Assembly (NCBI GenBank): GCA_964016885.1
Contig: OZ024748.1
Location: forward strand, 56,420,001-56,484,000
DNA: 64,000 bases
Reading direction: 5' to 3'
DNA from: Eledone cirrhosa
Taxonomy: Eukaryota
Numbering within the stretch: position 1 is the first letter of the stretch; every line of letters begins with the position of its first letter. Below the pieces are notes generated by a model. The model was not told where the DNA came from. It ran no database searches and saw nothing but the letters and a program-made list of their open reading frames with translations. The position numbers and the translations under genes were made by a program. Of the stretch, positions 1 through 11,669 are shown in pieces.

Positions 1-261
1 GTCTGTGTGTATGTGTGTTTGTATGTGTGTGTATATGTATGTGTGTATTGAAATTGCTCTAGAAACTCTCGCCGTAGCATTCACTAAAGAAATAGTGTTC
101 TTCGAGGGAAAGGTTCTCTGAAAACCTTCTGATGTCCTGGTGTAAAGAGAGATACACACAACTAAACCATATTATTTACTTCAAGTCACGGCGAGATCTA
201 ATTCAATTTTCAAATTGTGCTCACCGCTAACTAAAAATACTTGTTTTTCTACACCCCGCTC

Positions 262-296
<35 letters not shown>

Positions 297-715
297 TTCA
301 ATAGGTAAACTGAAAAGCCAACAGATATAGCAATATAAATACTACACAGTGCAATGAAAATTGCATATCTGAAATATCAAACTAACAGTTCGGATGAAAA
401 CAAATGAAGCATTTCGGACAAGGGATATTACTTTTTTAGGATTAGACATGCATTACAGCTTATTTTTGAGCTTAGTAAAATATACAAACTTATGTCCGAT
501 ATGACCATCAAGAATTTCCCTGTGAGTTATCAACGTATTTATTATTTACACATAAGGCAGTAGAAAATATATTCATTTGCGTTTGCTTATAATAAAAGTC
601 TCCTGCACACATGTGCACTCTGAGTGTGTGTGTGTATGTGAGTGTCTCTGTCTCTGTGAGTGTCCGTCTAAATGTGTGAGTAACTGGGTGAATACGCGTG
701 TGCGCAAGCGCGTTC

Positions 716-757
<42 letters not shown>

Positions 758-853
758 CGGTGGAACACTGGAAGGTAATATCCGTAGTGGTAGAGCACTC
801 AGTCCAAGGGACGAGTTAGGTAGAAGTAGTTACACAACAGTTAGTTCACCATA

Positions 854-893
854 CCGAGAACAAATGTTTCACCTTCGCGGATCTTCAGCTCGG
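854..893 (-). ncRNA. Minimal type I hammerhead ribozyme (island 757-900)
   Basis: Minus strand reads ccgag CTGAAGA tccgcgaaggt GAAAC attt GTT ctcgg. Helix I ccgag/ctcgg is perfect, the core is intact, helix III is 2 bp with a tetraloop, and the triplet is NUH. Confidence 0.75.
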
Positions 894-982
894 GATGTGT
901 ATGGTTATAGGAAGAGGAAGGACATGCGTGTGTGTGTGTGTGTGTAATTGTATGTGTACGTCTGTTGTCAAAAATGAGTCTA

Positions 983-1134
983 CGAGGATAGGCTGAAAAG
1001 CTCTTTGATTGACTTTAAAGGAATGTTAGCCCTGTTAATTGTTGCTTACATTAATTTCAAGTTGAACATTAAACCTCATTTAGAGATTCCATGAGAGTAT
1101 TTTTTAAGCGTAGGAACGTTTCAGCTAACCCTCG
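983..1134. mobile_element. Mariner-derived MITE
   Basis: Imperfect TIRs cgaggataggctgaaa / tttcagctaaccctcg flanked by TA. Matches the TIR next to the mariner transposase remnant at 31.7 kb. Confidence 0.7.
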
Positions 1135-1328
1135 TACACAACAATATAGGACACATTAGTGGTATTTATCCATTGCTAATTACGCCAGCATTAATATATA
1201 GAGAATTTACATATATATTAATGTTTATATTTTATACTAATTCCCCTTGAAAGCTCCCTAAAAACATGGATTGCACTACTTTTCTAAATTCTTCACAAAA
1301 TGCCTATGAGAATCTTATTTTGATATAG

Positions 1329-1369
<41 letters not shown>

Positions 1370-1715
1370 TATATATATATATGTATGTATGTATTACTGT
1401 ATGTATAAGTATACATATATGCATATAATATTTGCTTACAAAATACACATATTAAGGAATATAGATATAATTTAGCCGTTATCATTTCACACGCTGATGA
1501 TAGGGATTGGCCCAGTTCAATATTAGTAATCAGAGCTACTTATCAATAGGTGATTAACCTCATTCAGTTAAGAAGCAATCCTTTAGTTCGGTCACCGTTG
1601 AATTTCCTTAGATCTCTTCTGCGTCACTCTACATGCAGCTATGTATGCGTTGGAAGTGTACACAAAATATAGGCAGTTATATGTGCACATATGCACTCTA
1701 ATACACGAACGCATG

Positions 1716-1779
<64 letters not shown>

Positions 1780-1847
1780 TATATCTATCTATATATAATA
1801 TATATATATATATATACAATGGAAACTATATTTATAAAACCATATTT

Positions 1848-1910
1848 ATTTTATTATATATATTTCAAGGGTAACCAAGACAACATTGGTACGCTTTCAT
1901 CAGATAAAAT
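1848..1910 (-). ncRNA. Minimal type I hammerhead ribozyme (family A, left arm)
   Basis: Minus strand: attttat CTGATGA aagcgtaccaa tgttgtc ttggttaccctt GAAA tatata TA ataaaat. Confidence 0.8.
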
Positions 1911-1991
1911 ACAAAGTTTGTTTTATAAATAGAGACATTACCCATGAAAATCATACCTTATCGATGTCTCTATTTATAAAACAAACCTTGT

Positions 1992-2054
1992 ATTTTATCT
2001 GATGAAAGAGTACCAATGTTGTCTTGATTGCCCTTGAAATATATATAATAAAAT
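1992..2054 (+). ncRNA. Minimal type I hammerhead ribozyme (family A, right arm)
   Basis: attttat CTGATGA [helix II] GAAAT ATAT ATA ataaaat. Helix I is 7 bp, the helix III loop AUAU is palindromic, and the cleavage triplet is AUA. Confidence 0.8.
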
Positions 2055-2217
2055 GAATATGGTTTTATGAATATAGTTTCCATTTATTTAATATCATTGA
2101 ATATTTACTCCAGTAAATTGTTGAGTGCTCTAAATCAGTTATAAACATTTATGATTGTCGGACTTCCAACAAATTAAATAAAACTTCTACACATAAATAT
2201 ATATATATATATATATA

Positions 2218-2439
2218 GTAATAATAATAAATTTGAAGATTAAAATCCAAAGAGGGCTCGATAAGGATAAATATATATCAAATATATAAGAACCGTAGAG
2301 CAAATATTTATAAAAATAACAGATTAAAGTTTAAACAAAGAATCGCTGCTTTCACCCTTAACGGGATCTTCAGAAGTTCCCGTTAAGGGTGAAAGCAGCG
2401 ATTCTTTGCTTAAACTTTAGTCCGTTATTTTAATAAATA
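2218..2439 (-). mobile_element. TA-flanked fold-back island with partial hammerhead
   Basis: About 62-bp inverted arms 2305-2366 / 2378-2439. Minus strand has CTGAAGA tccc gttaa gggt GAAA, but helix I is lost at the fold-back point. A terminal fragment recurs near 53250. Confidence 0.6.
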
Positions 2440-2459
2440 TCTCACTCTCTCTCTCTCTA

Positions 2460-2785
<326 letters not shown>

Positions 2786-2854
2786 TATATGTATATATAT
2801 ATATATATATATATAACCAAAGATTAATATGGTTCATTGATTACTCAGTGAGTA

Positions 2855-3112
2855 TAGTTTTACATGTCCAGCTAACCTCAGCCTCCTCTGTGTCACTTTC
2901 GAGCTGACTTTTTGGAGGCTCCCATACACCTCTGAGTTTTTCCACCTCAGTGTATACTGATTAATGTTCAGAGACATCCTCAGCATTCTCGTGTAGCAAC
3001 CATCCACCATCTGACTGAGTTTCTTGGTCAGTGTCCAAGTCTCAGACCCGTACAGCAGCACAGACTCCACTACAGCAATGAAGAGGCGGATCTTCAGGTA
3101 TTTAAAGACCTG
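2855..3112 (-). mobile_element. RTE-clade LINE fragment (post-RT region)
   Basis: KIRLFIAVVESVLLYGSETWTLTK...DGCYTRMLRMSLNI...RRLRLAGHV are typical RTE motifs. Confidence 0.9.
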
Positions 3113-3611
3113 AAAATATATATATATATATATATATATACAATACAATAACAGAGAAAGCCTTAAGCTATACTCTGACTGGCTACTATCTCACTCAACA
3201 AACATTAGGATATACCTTAGTATAATCCCAATTTAATGTTTGGGGTGCTAACTATATGTATTTTGTGGAAAGCCAGTTGTATTATTTTATATGAGATATA
3301 ATTAAAATTAAAATTAAAATATATCTCTCTTTCTAAACAATTGTTTCATTATAAGTTTTCTTCAAGTTGGGAGAATGTGTCCGGTTTATGTAGAAGCCTG
3401 CACATTTTTCTGTAAGAACATATGCAGGTGGGCACTTATAAATCATCAGTGGATGCCCGTCAAACATTGATATAAAAAAATATCTTTACCGCTGTCAGTT
3501 TTTGTGTCATATATATATTATGTATGTGAAAGGTAAACATGACTAACAACACAATCGGTACAGTATATGAAAGGAATACATTTGATTAACGCTCGAAATA
3601 GCAGGAAGAGG

Positions 3612-3650
3612 GGCATAACGTCTCCGACGGTAGTCTTTCGTCAGTAGAAA
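3612..3650 (-). ncRNA. Degenerate hammerhead relic
   Basis: Minus strand CTGACGA aa gac tacc gtc g GAGAC gttat. GAAAC is mutated and helix I is not evident. Confidence 0.35.
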
Positions 3651-3748
3651 GAATGAGAAATTAGATGGGTTGAAGGGACGGACGGGGTGGAATTGGACAA
3701 AATGTCTTTAGATAAAGATAACAGGTCCATTCTTGTATATATATATAT

Positions 3749-4066
3749 ACGATGCTGACGATAGCTAATACGATTGAAACTAGCACATCGTTCCTGTGTC
3801 AGTGTTCAGCAAAAAGGCGACGATGGTTGCCTGAACACTGTACGGCGTAATTCGGGCTGTTTGTTTACAAACAAACCGAACATTATAATAAATCTTCGGT
3901 AAACCCATACGTACATATATATATATATATATATGTGTGTTAAAGTATGTATATGTATACATACTGCTGTACGTCTGTATACATATATGTATGTACTTAC
4001 AAACATACTTACATTTAAGTATCAGCCGTACTAAGAGTGAGAAATGAAACTTCGTTTCATTCTTTT

Positions 4067-4070
<4 letters not shown>
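3749..4070 (+). mobile_element. Hammerhead-headed dispersed repeat, family D (copy 1)
   Basis: About 320 bp homologous to 44848-45153 and bounded by (TA)n. Starts with acgatg CTGACGA...GAAAC TA GCA catcgt (3749-3791). Confidence 0.75.
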
Positions 4071-4120
<50 letters not shown>

Positions 4121-4122
<2 letters not shown>

Positions 4123-4392
4123 GATATTAACAAATGGAAACTATATTTATAAAACCATATTTATTTGATTATACATATTTCAAGGATACCAAGTCAAACC
4201 ATGGTATGCCTTCATCAGACAAAATACAATATATATCAGTTTTATAATATGTATAATGAAATAAATATGGTTTTATAAATATAGTTTCCATATGTTAATA
4301 TCGTATATCTACTCCAAATATTTGTCGAGTGCTTTATATCAGTTATGAAAATATTTACTTGTTGTATCCCAACAATTTAAATATAACTTTTG
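4121..4392 (+). mobile_element. Family A island, second copy
   Basis: Homologous to 1818-2196 with inverted arms about 4121-4180 / 4245-4303. Minus-strand hammerhead at 4163-4225: attttgt CTGATGA aggcatacca...tggtatcctt GAAAT ATGT ATA atcaaat. Confidence 0.75.
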
Positions 4393-5044
4393 TATATATA
4401 TATATAGTCTTATATATATATTCTTATATGTATGTATATATATATATGTGTGTGTGTAGTGCCTGGTACATGAAGTGGTTCAACCCAATTACTATTAGAT
4501 AATTTCGGTTATCTATATATATATCTATATATATATATATTCTTATATGTATGTATATATGTGTGTGTTTGCGTGCGTTCGTGCTTGTGTTTTTATGTGT
4601 GTGAGTAGTTTTATATGTGTGTAAACATGTTTGTGTGTAGTGTAGGGTAAAGTACTATTTTTATCGTCATGTAGCACATGTACTACACTATAGCGTTTTG
4701 TTGCAACAATAATTCATCTCTATTATATATGGATCGTTGTGTTAAACAGATTACGAAACCAGGTTATCGATAGCTGAAATAACACGAGATATTCTAATGA
4801 TTATCAGTACACTTCCTGATTCTCTGACCTTTTCTCATCGAGACATCTTTAGATTTTTCTTATTTTGTTTTCTTTTAACTCGAAATTTATCCATGAAATT
4901 GGTAATATATATTTTTTTTTTCAGTTACGTAGTTGTTTAACTTTCCTAACATAATTTTATGATGCCATCCATCATCATGTTCTTCAATGTGATATGTACA
5001 TATATATATTGTAATCATTGAAGTCAGGAATATTATATCTTATA

Positions 5045-5826
5045 CTAGCAGTAAAGCCCGGCGTTGCTCGGGGTCGCTCAGTAGCTGTGTTAAAGTTACA
5101 ATGTTAAGTTTCTTTTTTGGCTTAAAAACTGTAGTGTCTACTGTGCAGACTTGCATGTGGTGTTTTTGATTAATATTCCCTCAACCAACAATATGCCTTA
5201 TGAAGTTAAGAAAACATAACGATAACCCGAATGTTATAACAAAAGAGGATGCTGGGGATAAAAACTGCACTGGTTATTTATTAACAAAGATCGAAAATGT
5301 AAACACTGCAACGCAGAGAAAAACATTAGCGTAACCAAATTATCAGTTATGTCTGTCTGCACGCCTATATCACCTCTCTGCACGACTGTCTGTCTGCACG
5401 CCTGAAATATTTGCTTGTTTTACGTAGTCTTTAAATAGACTTGTTTTCAAGTAAAAATATTGTTTTAAAATGCTTTTAAATGGAAATGAAGCAAAACGGA
5501 AGCTTAGTGTTCGAACTGATGAATTTTGCAGGTCAATATTTTGCTGGCTCGACAACTGTTAAAGCCAGCGTAATTTTTTACGTAAGACGCTCAATGTAAA
5601 CAGAACAAAGGGAAATAACTGATAACTTACGCTCAAAAATCGATACATTATATTCGATTTCGTCACATAGGGTGGGTCAATTTGAAATTATTTTTTTTCC
5701 GATGTCTTCGCTAGGGCTCAATGTACAAGTATAGCAATTTCGGTGCAATTCCGTGAGAGATTCTAAGAGGAGATGTGTGCCAAAAATCGATAGACAGACA
5801 GACAACCACAGTTTTATATATATAGA
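5045..5826 (-). mobile_element. Non-autonomous Helitron
   Basis: Minus strand A|TCTATATATATAAAAC...(GTCT)n...CCCGAGCAACGCCGGG CTTTACTG CTAG|T: 5' TC, subterminal hairpin, 3' CTAG, A/T target and no TSD. Confidence 0.85.
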
Positions 5827-5839
5827 TTATCATTATTAT

Positions 5840-6025
5840 GTGGATTTGCAGTATCAGTAGAGAGTCAGACACCATGCTTTTCAGCATAGAGTTACGGCCC
5901 TTTATGGTATAAGTTCAAATCCTGCCGAGGTTAACTTTGCATTTTATCCTCACCGGGTCGATAAAATAAAGTACCAGTAATGTACTGGGTAATTGCTGGC
6001 CTTGTGCCAAAAGTAGAAACAATTA
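5840..6025 (+). mobile_element. tRNA-derived SINE (family 1)
   Basis: A-box-like tggcagtatcggtag, B-box gttcaaatcc, conserved core ggggtcgataaaataaagtaccag and tail ggccttgtgcc...tagaaac. Many copies in the window. Confidence 0.9.
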
Positions 6026-6270
6026 TTATTACCAACATTGTCATCATCAGCATCGTCATCGTCGCCATCATGAATATCATGAGCATCTTTATCTTTGTCG
6101 ACGTCTTCATCATCATAATCATCATCATCAACATTACCATCCTCCTCATTATCATAATCTCCATCATTGTTGTCATCGTCGTCGTCGTCATCATCATCAT
6201 CATCATCGTCGCCATCGTCATCACCACCACCACCATCATCATCATCATTATCATCTTCATAGTCGCAATT

Positions 6271-6624
6271 GTCGTAATTTCTTCGACATTTAAATCGAGA
6301 TTTGCGAATCACAAATGCTGATTGTCGAATCTTAATAGGAAGTCTTCGACTTCTTTGTCACAGCTTATATGGTCATTAAAAGACAAAAATTTAAAATACT
6401 CGATTTTTTGGACGAAGCTTTGTAATAGTAAAATCTACTCGAATTCGTCTATATCAACTAACTGCAACCTCTGCACAAAGGAGACCCTACTAATAATTAC
6501 TAATTATGAAAACTTAATTAACAAAAAAAGTTAATTATTCTCAAACTCCCTTCATAAATCTTTGTCTACATTCCAAGCCTCGCAAAAAGTTAGGAAACAA
6601 CTTTCTTTCCCCAAAAAGAAGTGA
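6271..6624 (+). pseudogene. Penelope-like element GIY-YIG endonuclease C-terminal remnant (Naiad-like)
   Basis: One frame reads TFKSRFANHKC*LSN...TSLSQLIWSLKD...YSIFW...CNLCTKE...LINKKS*LFSN. It matches the FKxRxxxH, LSxxIWxLK, CxLCxxE and LNxxxE pattern of PLE endonucleases and has two in-frame stops. Confidence 0.8.
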
Positions 6625-6741
6625 CATTTCCACTACTTTAAAAATGATAGCGTAAGTTCTTCAAAATATTTTTAATTACGGTATATTGCCAAATATACTA
6701 TACATACATTCATGTATACATTGTTATTTCAGAACACCAAT

Positions 6742-6790
<49 letters not shown>

Positions 6791-6792
<2 letters not shown>

Positions 6793-6844
6793 TCATCATC
6801 GTTTAACCTCTATCTTCCAGGCTAGCATGGGTTTAGACGGCTGA
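6791..6844 (-). mobile_element. 3' fragment of a SINE/LINE with (GAT)n tail
   Basis: catcatcatcgtttaac...gctagcatgggtt resembles a common retroposon 3' end, recognised from memory only. Confidence 0.4.
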
Positions 6845-6872
6845 TATATATATATATATTTATATATATTAT

Positions 6873-7793
6873 ACTAGACATGAAAAATGCGCAAGCTCAA
6901 AAGTGCCACACAATGTTATAATAAACCTTGAAATGTGTGGGACTAGAGTTGTTATTCAAAAATATTGTAATCATTATCTATCGTACATTCTGTGGCATCC
7001 TTTATAAAAAATATCACAATAAATACATCTATGTTTAATGTAATAACAGCTATAAATAATTACGTAATATTATTATCATATACTCATAGTAACAAAATAA
7101 TTGTGCTGACAATTAATATGATGCTTATATGAACGATCAAATCTATAATGATAATTTTATAAATATACTAATATTAAAATAATTTAGTTATATATTGTTA
7201 CATTTTCATCGAACTATAACATTAACAATCGTTTTGTATCATCAAATTTGTATCACTGCAAACTTTCATATTGGAATTACCTTAAGCCATTTATCATTAC
7301 TTCGCTTTCGTACTTTTACTGATGTAGATATTCTGCTGTATCTTATATCTAATATCATGATCTCATGGTAATTTACATCCAGTGAAATAGTGTAAAAAGA
7401 AAGGCATAGTTGATTCAAGCTAATGTCGAATATCTCATATTAGATGTTTAGTAATGTTTAATACGAAATGCACTTAAACCGAATTCTGTATTATAAATTC
7501 ACTTAATTAATTATCGTGTCGCCTTGAGTTCCTTATGAGTCTCTTTTTTTATAAAAGGATGCCACAGATTTTATAAAAAAGAGACTATGAGTGTATGATA
7601 ATAATATTACGTAATTATTTATAGCTGTTATTACGTTAAACATAGATGTATTTATTGTGATATTTTTATAAAGGATGCCACAAAATGTACGATGATTACA
7701 ATATTTTTGAGTAACAACTCTAGTCCCACACTTTTGAAGGTTTATTATGACATTATGTGGCTCTTTTGAGCTTGCGCCTTTTTCATATCTAGT
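6873..7793. repeat. Long inverted repeat (about 215-bp arms, about 490-bp spacer)
   Basis: 6873-7090 is the reverse complement of 7584-7793 with scattered mismatches. The left arm abuts (TA)n. Confidence 0.9.
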
Positions 7794-8427
7794 TTAATAT
7801 TTTTTTAAGGCAACGCTTGTAATAACTGTAGTTAAACATGATATATATTAATAATAAATTATCGTTGTAATGTAATTAGATTATATAATTGTTATTATAA
7901 ATGATCTTATAAATATTAGTGTAAGATGTATAAACATATTTTCAGACTTTTAATATAAATAACAACAAAAAAACAATCAATATTAAATCAATACATAATA
8001 GAAAACATAAAATAAATAAACAATATAAAAATAAAATATTTACATAGAATTGCAATTATAAGTCTATATACCTTTTCTTTATTCCTTGAGCAAATTAATG
8101 AGATATATTACATTTGTTTTAAAAATAGTTAATATAAATTTTTTAAAATCATATAACGACGAAATAACAAAAATAAATGAACTAGGAAAACAAACAAAAA
8201 AACATGGCGGATGCTTTTGAGCAACACTTACTCTGATTGGTTGAAAATTAGCCAATGGCATGTAATCACCACGATCACGGCCAGACCTTGAAAAAAAAAT
8301 TGACGATCTACACATATATGTTAGAACACTAAAAGTGACTAAAACATTCTGTTGTTAGTCACTTCGTGTCTAACAGATATATAGAAATAGAAATATTTCT
8401 ATATGTATATACATATATAGATATGTG

Positions 8428-8483
<56 letters not shown>

Positions 8484-8484
8484 C

Positions 8485-8602
<118 letters not shown>

Positions 8603-9537
8603 GTGTGTGTGTGTGTGAATGCTTAGATATCTATACATATTAATGAAAAGATGTAATGTGTTTTTTTTTTTAATTGAGACATTCATGTTAGTAGCGGCCA
8701 AACATATCCTCTTGACCTTTACGTTGACATTGCAATGTGTTAACAGCAAGAAACAGTTAAATGTTCCATCTCTTTCATTTTCCTATGTAGCTTCTTCTTC
8801 TTCTTCTTCTTCTTATTATTATTATTATTATTATTATTATTCGTCAATTTTATTTCTTTTAATCTATTGTATGTTATGTATATTCACAGTTGGCTTTGCC
8901 ATCAATCCTTTTGAGACGTTTTTAGTGATCTTATAGATAACGTAACTATCTACACACGAACTGTCTGTCAATCAGCAAGCATTCTTTAAAACAAAAAGTC
9001 ACCCTTTCTAGCTTTCAAGACCTCTCTCTTCACGTCCTCTCTTTTACCTCTCTTTGTCTTTCTTTTAAAACTAATTGAATATTTTGCTCGAAAATTATGT
9101 TGTGGTATTTACACATACCTTTGTGTTGACCTTTTTTCCTTGTCACTCATTTATTTATCTAATTATTGTTGCGGCTACTCAAGTAGTGATTGTTGCTTAT
9201 GTTGTTGTTGTTTTTATTGTTACTTAGGTTGTTATGTAGGTGTTTTGGGATATTTTTATTATTTTCCCTGACGCGAAAAACAAGCAAGTTTAATACCAAT
9301 TACATTAACCAGAAAGTTTTTCTCAGTATTTTAAAAGTCATTATGTAAGAACTTATGTAAATTATTTAGCAACAAATTGAATAAAGAAAAACAAAACTGT
9401 AAAGGAAAATGTCGGAATTGGATGACAAGAAGGGCTAGAAACTAAATCCCGCATACACACAAACACAGACAAAGAAACACACTCAGATACACACGCTCAT
9501 ATATATCTGTGTAGCTACTTACCAATCTATAGATCTG

Positions 9538-9588
<51 letters not shown>

Positions 9589-9689
9589 ATATATATTTAT
9601 ATATATATATATATACGGGGGGGGGGCAGGTGTGCGTGTCTGGATGCGTGAATGTGCCTGGGTGTTTATAAATGTATATATATATATAC

Positions 9690-9960
9690 ATGTTTCTTCC
9701 AGCCTCTGAGCACGAGTTCAATATGCTCCCCTAATGAGTATCTGAGTTGCGTCAGCAATTTTCAACGTTCGATTCTCAGATCTTCTTTGGCTTAACCTTT
9801 GGTTTTTTCCTATCAACTCTTAGCCAAGTCATTGCAGATTTGCCGGATTTTTACACTCCTTCGTAGGACATATCTTGCCAACGTTATTCTTCTATCTTTG
9901 AATTAGCATTTCGGAGCAGTTGTTGTCATAAAAGATTAAGTTAGCATTTAATTTACAACC
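9690..9960 (-). mobile_element. Decayed RTE-like LINE fragment
   Basis: Frameshifted motifs RITLARYVLRR and AMTWLRVDRKKPKVKPKKI resemble RLRxxGHVLR and KRPRGRPKKTW. Confidence 0.5.
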
Positions 9961-10166
9961 TGCCTAGATGTATCTGGGGAGGTTTAATTCTTGTAATTAT
10001 AACTCAAAAAGTCATGTTTTGGTTAATGTTGATAATAATATTATTAGTTTCATGTATGTGCGTTTACACCTGTTTTTACACTCCATTGTTCTTATACCCA
10101 TGTTTCATTATATTCTCAACACACGCTAGGTTGTGGGGTTGTTGTTATTCAAATCATTATATCTAC

Positions 10167-10347
10167 CAGTATCGGTAGAGGGTTGGACGCCATGCTTTTT
10201 ATGCATAGAGTTACGGCCCTTGCCATTCTGAGTTCAAATCCCGCCTAGGTTAACTTTGCCTTTCATCCTTACGACGTCGATAAAATAAAGTACCAGTAAT
10301 GCACTGCGATAATTGCTGGCCTTGTGCCAAATGTAGAAACAATTATT
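10167..10347 (+). mobile_element. tRNA-derived SINE (family 1)
   Basis: Matches the other copies; slightly 5' truncated. Confidence 0.9.
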
Positions 10348-10351
10348 TCTA

Positions 10352-10757
10352 CTAGCAGAAAAACCACCCTTCGGATGGTTTTCTGATAGCATGTGTAGTG
10401 TGTATATTGATATTATACGCAGGTATATATACATGTAGATATGATACATCAAATAAAATCGTAATTGACAATATACACAAAAGTTGAACGAAGACCGTGT
10501 TACACTCTCTTATGTAATCAGTAACGTAATCCATGATACATTAAAAAAAGACGATATTGTATATAAACTGCATTAGGAGAAAATTAGTGACGGAAATATA
10601 TGTATGTTTATTGAAGCAATCGCTAACCGGAAGTTTTGACGTTTGAAAATGTTAAAGAAGTGAATCTTAAAATAAGCAACAAAACTATTTATATTTAATC
10701 AAAAATAACGAAATTTAGTAGATAAACTATGTAATATTCATTCATTATTTATTCAAA
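10352..10757 (-). mobile_element. Dispersed repeat with Helitron-like 3' end (copy 1)
   Basis: Reverse-complement homolog of 30320-30718. Ends in hairpin accatccgaagggtggt followed by CTAG|T. Confidence 0.65.
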
Positions 10758-10943
10758 GGCGGTGGATTGGCAGTATCGGTAGAGGGTTGGACGTCATGCT
10801 TTGACGCATAGAGTTACGGCCCTTGCCATTCTGAGTTCAAATACCGCCGAGGTTAACTTTGCCTTTTATCCTTACGGGGTCGATAAAATAAAGTACCAGT
10901 AATACACTGAGTAAATGCTGGCCTTGTGCCTAACGTAGAAACA
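10758..10943 (+). mobile_element. Full-length SINE (family 1) with 15-bp TSD
   Basis: TSD attatttattcaaag at 10744-10758 and 10944-10958. Confidence 0.92.
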
Positions 10944-11634
10944 ATTATTTATTCAAAGTAATTCAACTTATTTTACAAACGGCATAAAAAAATATATATT
11001 CTGGACACAGTCCCACATTACTTACATTATTATAGTTTAGATTGATGGTGCGTTTTTATTTTCTGTTATATGCGTTCCTTACAAAAACTGTTTGAATATT
11101 GACTCTGATCGGTGTGTAAGTATGATATTTTTCTAGTTGCTTCCCAGTGAAACATCATGTTCTAGTTTGTCTTATTGGTAGAGCACAGACGAGTTATTCT
11201 CGTATTTGAATTCCTGCTAGAGCAACTTCATTCTTCTCACGCAGAAACAAAAATACAAACGTACGCAGATCAAGTTACATTAAATTAAATAAACTCAAAA
11301 TAACGACGGGATACAGAAGAGCAACAATCGAGATGGACCACATCTCCCTTATCATCCTCTGGGGAAACGCCTTCTCCATTCTTCCTGCCGGGGCTGTGGG
11401 GGTGGGGGATGGGGCAGCACGTGGGACCATATTTCCTCACCATACAGAGAGATGCGGAGGGTGAAAGAGATGGAAGCCATGACATTGGGAGTTCGGCCGT
11501 TCCACGTTCGGACCATATATAGAGAGTGAATTTGTGGCAATGTGATCGGCCAGAGGCCTTTTCTTGTATCGTTGATGAAACAGGTTGGACTATTAAATAT
11601 GCCAATTACATAAGAGAGAGCGAGAGAGCGAGAG

Positions 11635-11669
<35 letters not shown>

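Larger units (their letters stand above)
1818..2196 (+). mobile_element. TA-embedded Penelope-like pLTR island, family A (about 120-bp inverted arms plus tail)
   Basis: 1818-1938 is the reverse complement of about 1964-2083. Each arm contains a hammerhead, (TA)n lies on both sides, and a related copy is at 4121-4392. Confidence 0.75.

Noticed and set aside
1495-1530. CTGATGA with a small stem
   Set aside because: No GAAA or helix I follows. The same applies to the hits at 3443, 5516, 28734 and 51936.
6319-6321. In-frame TGA in the GIY-YIG remnant as selenocysteine, as reported for some Naiad elements
   Set aside because: The position is more simply TCA(Ser) mutated to TGA. A second stop (TAA) shows decay and no SECIS was seen.
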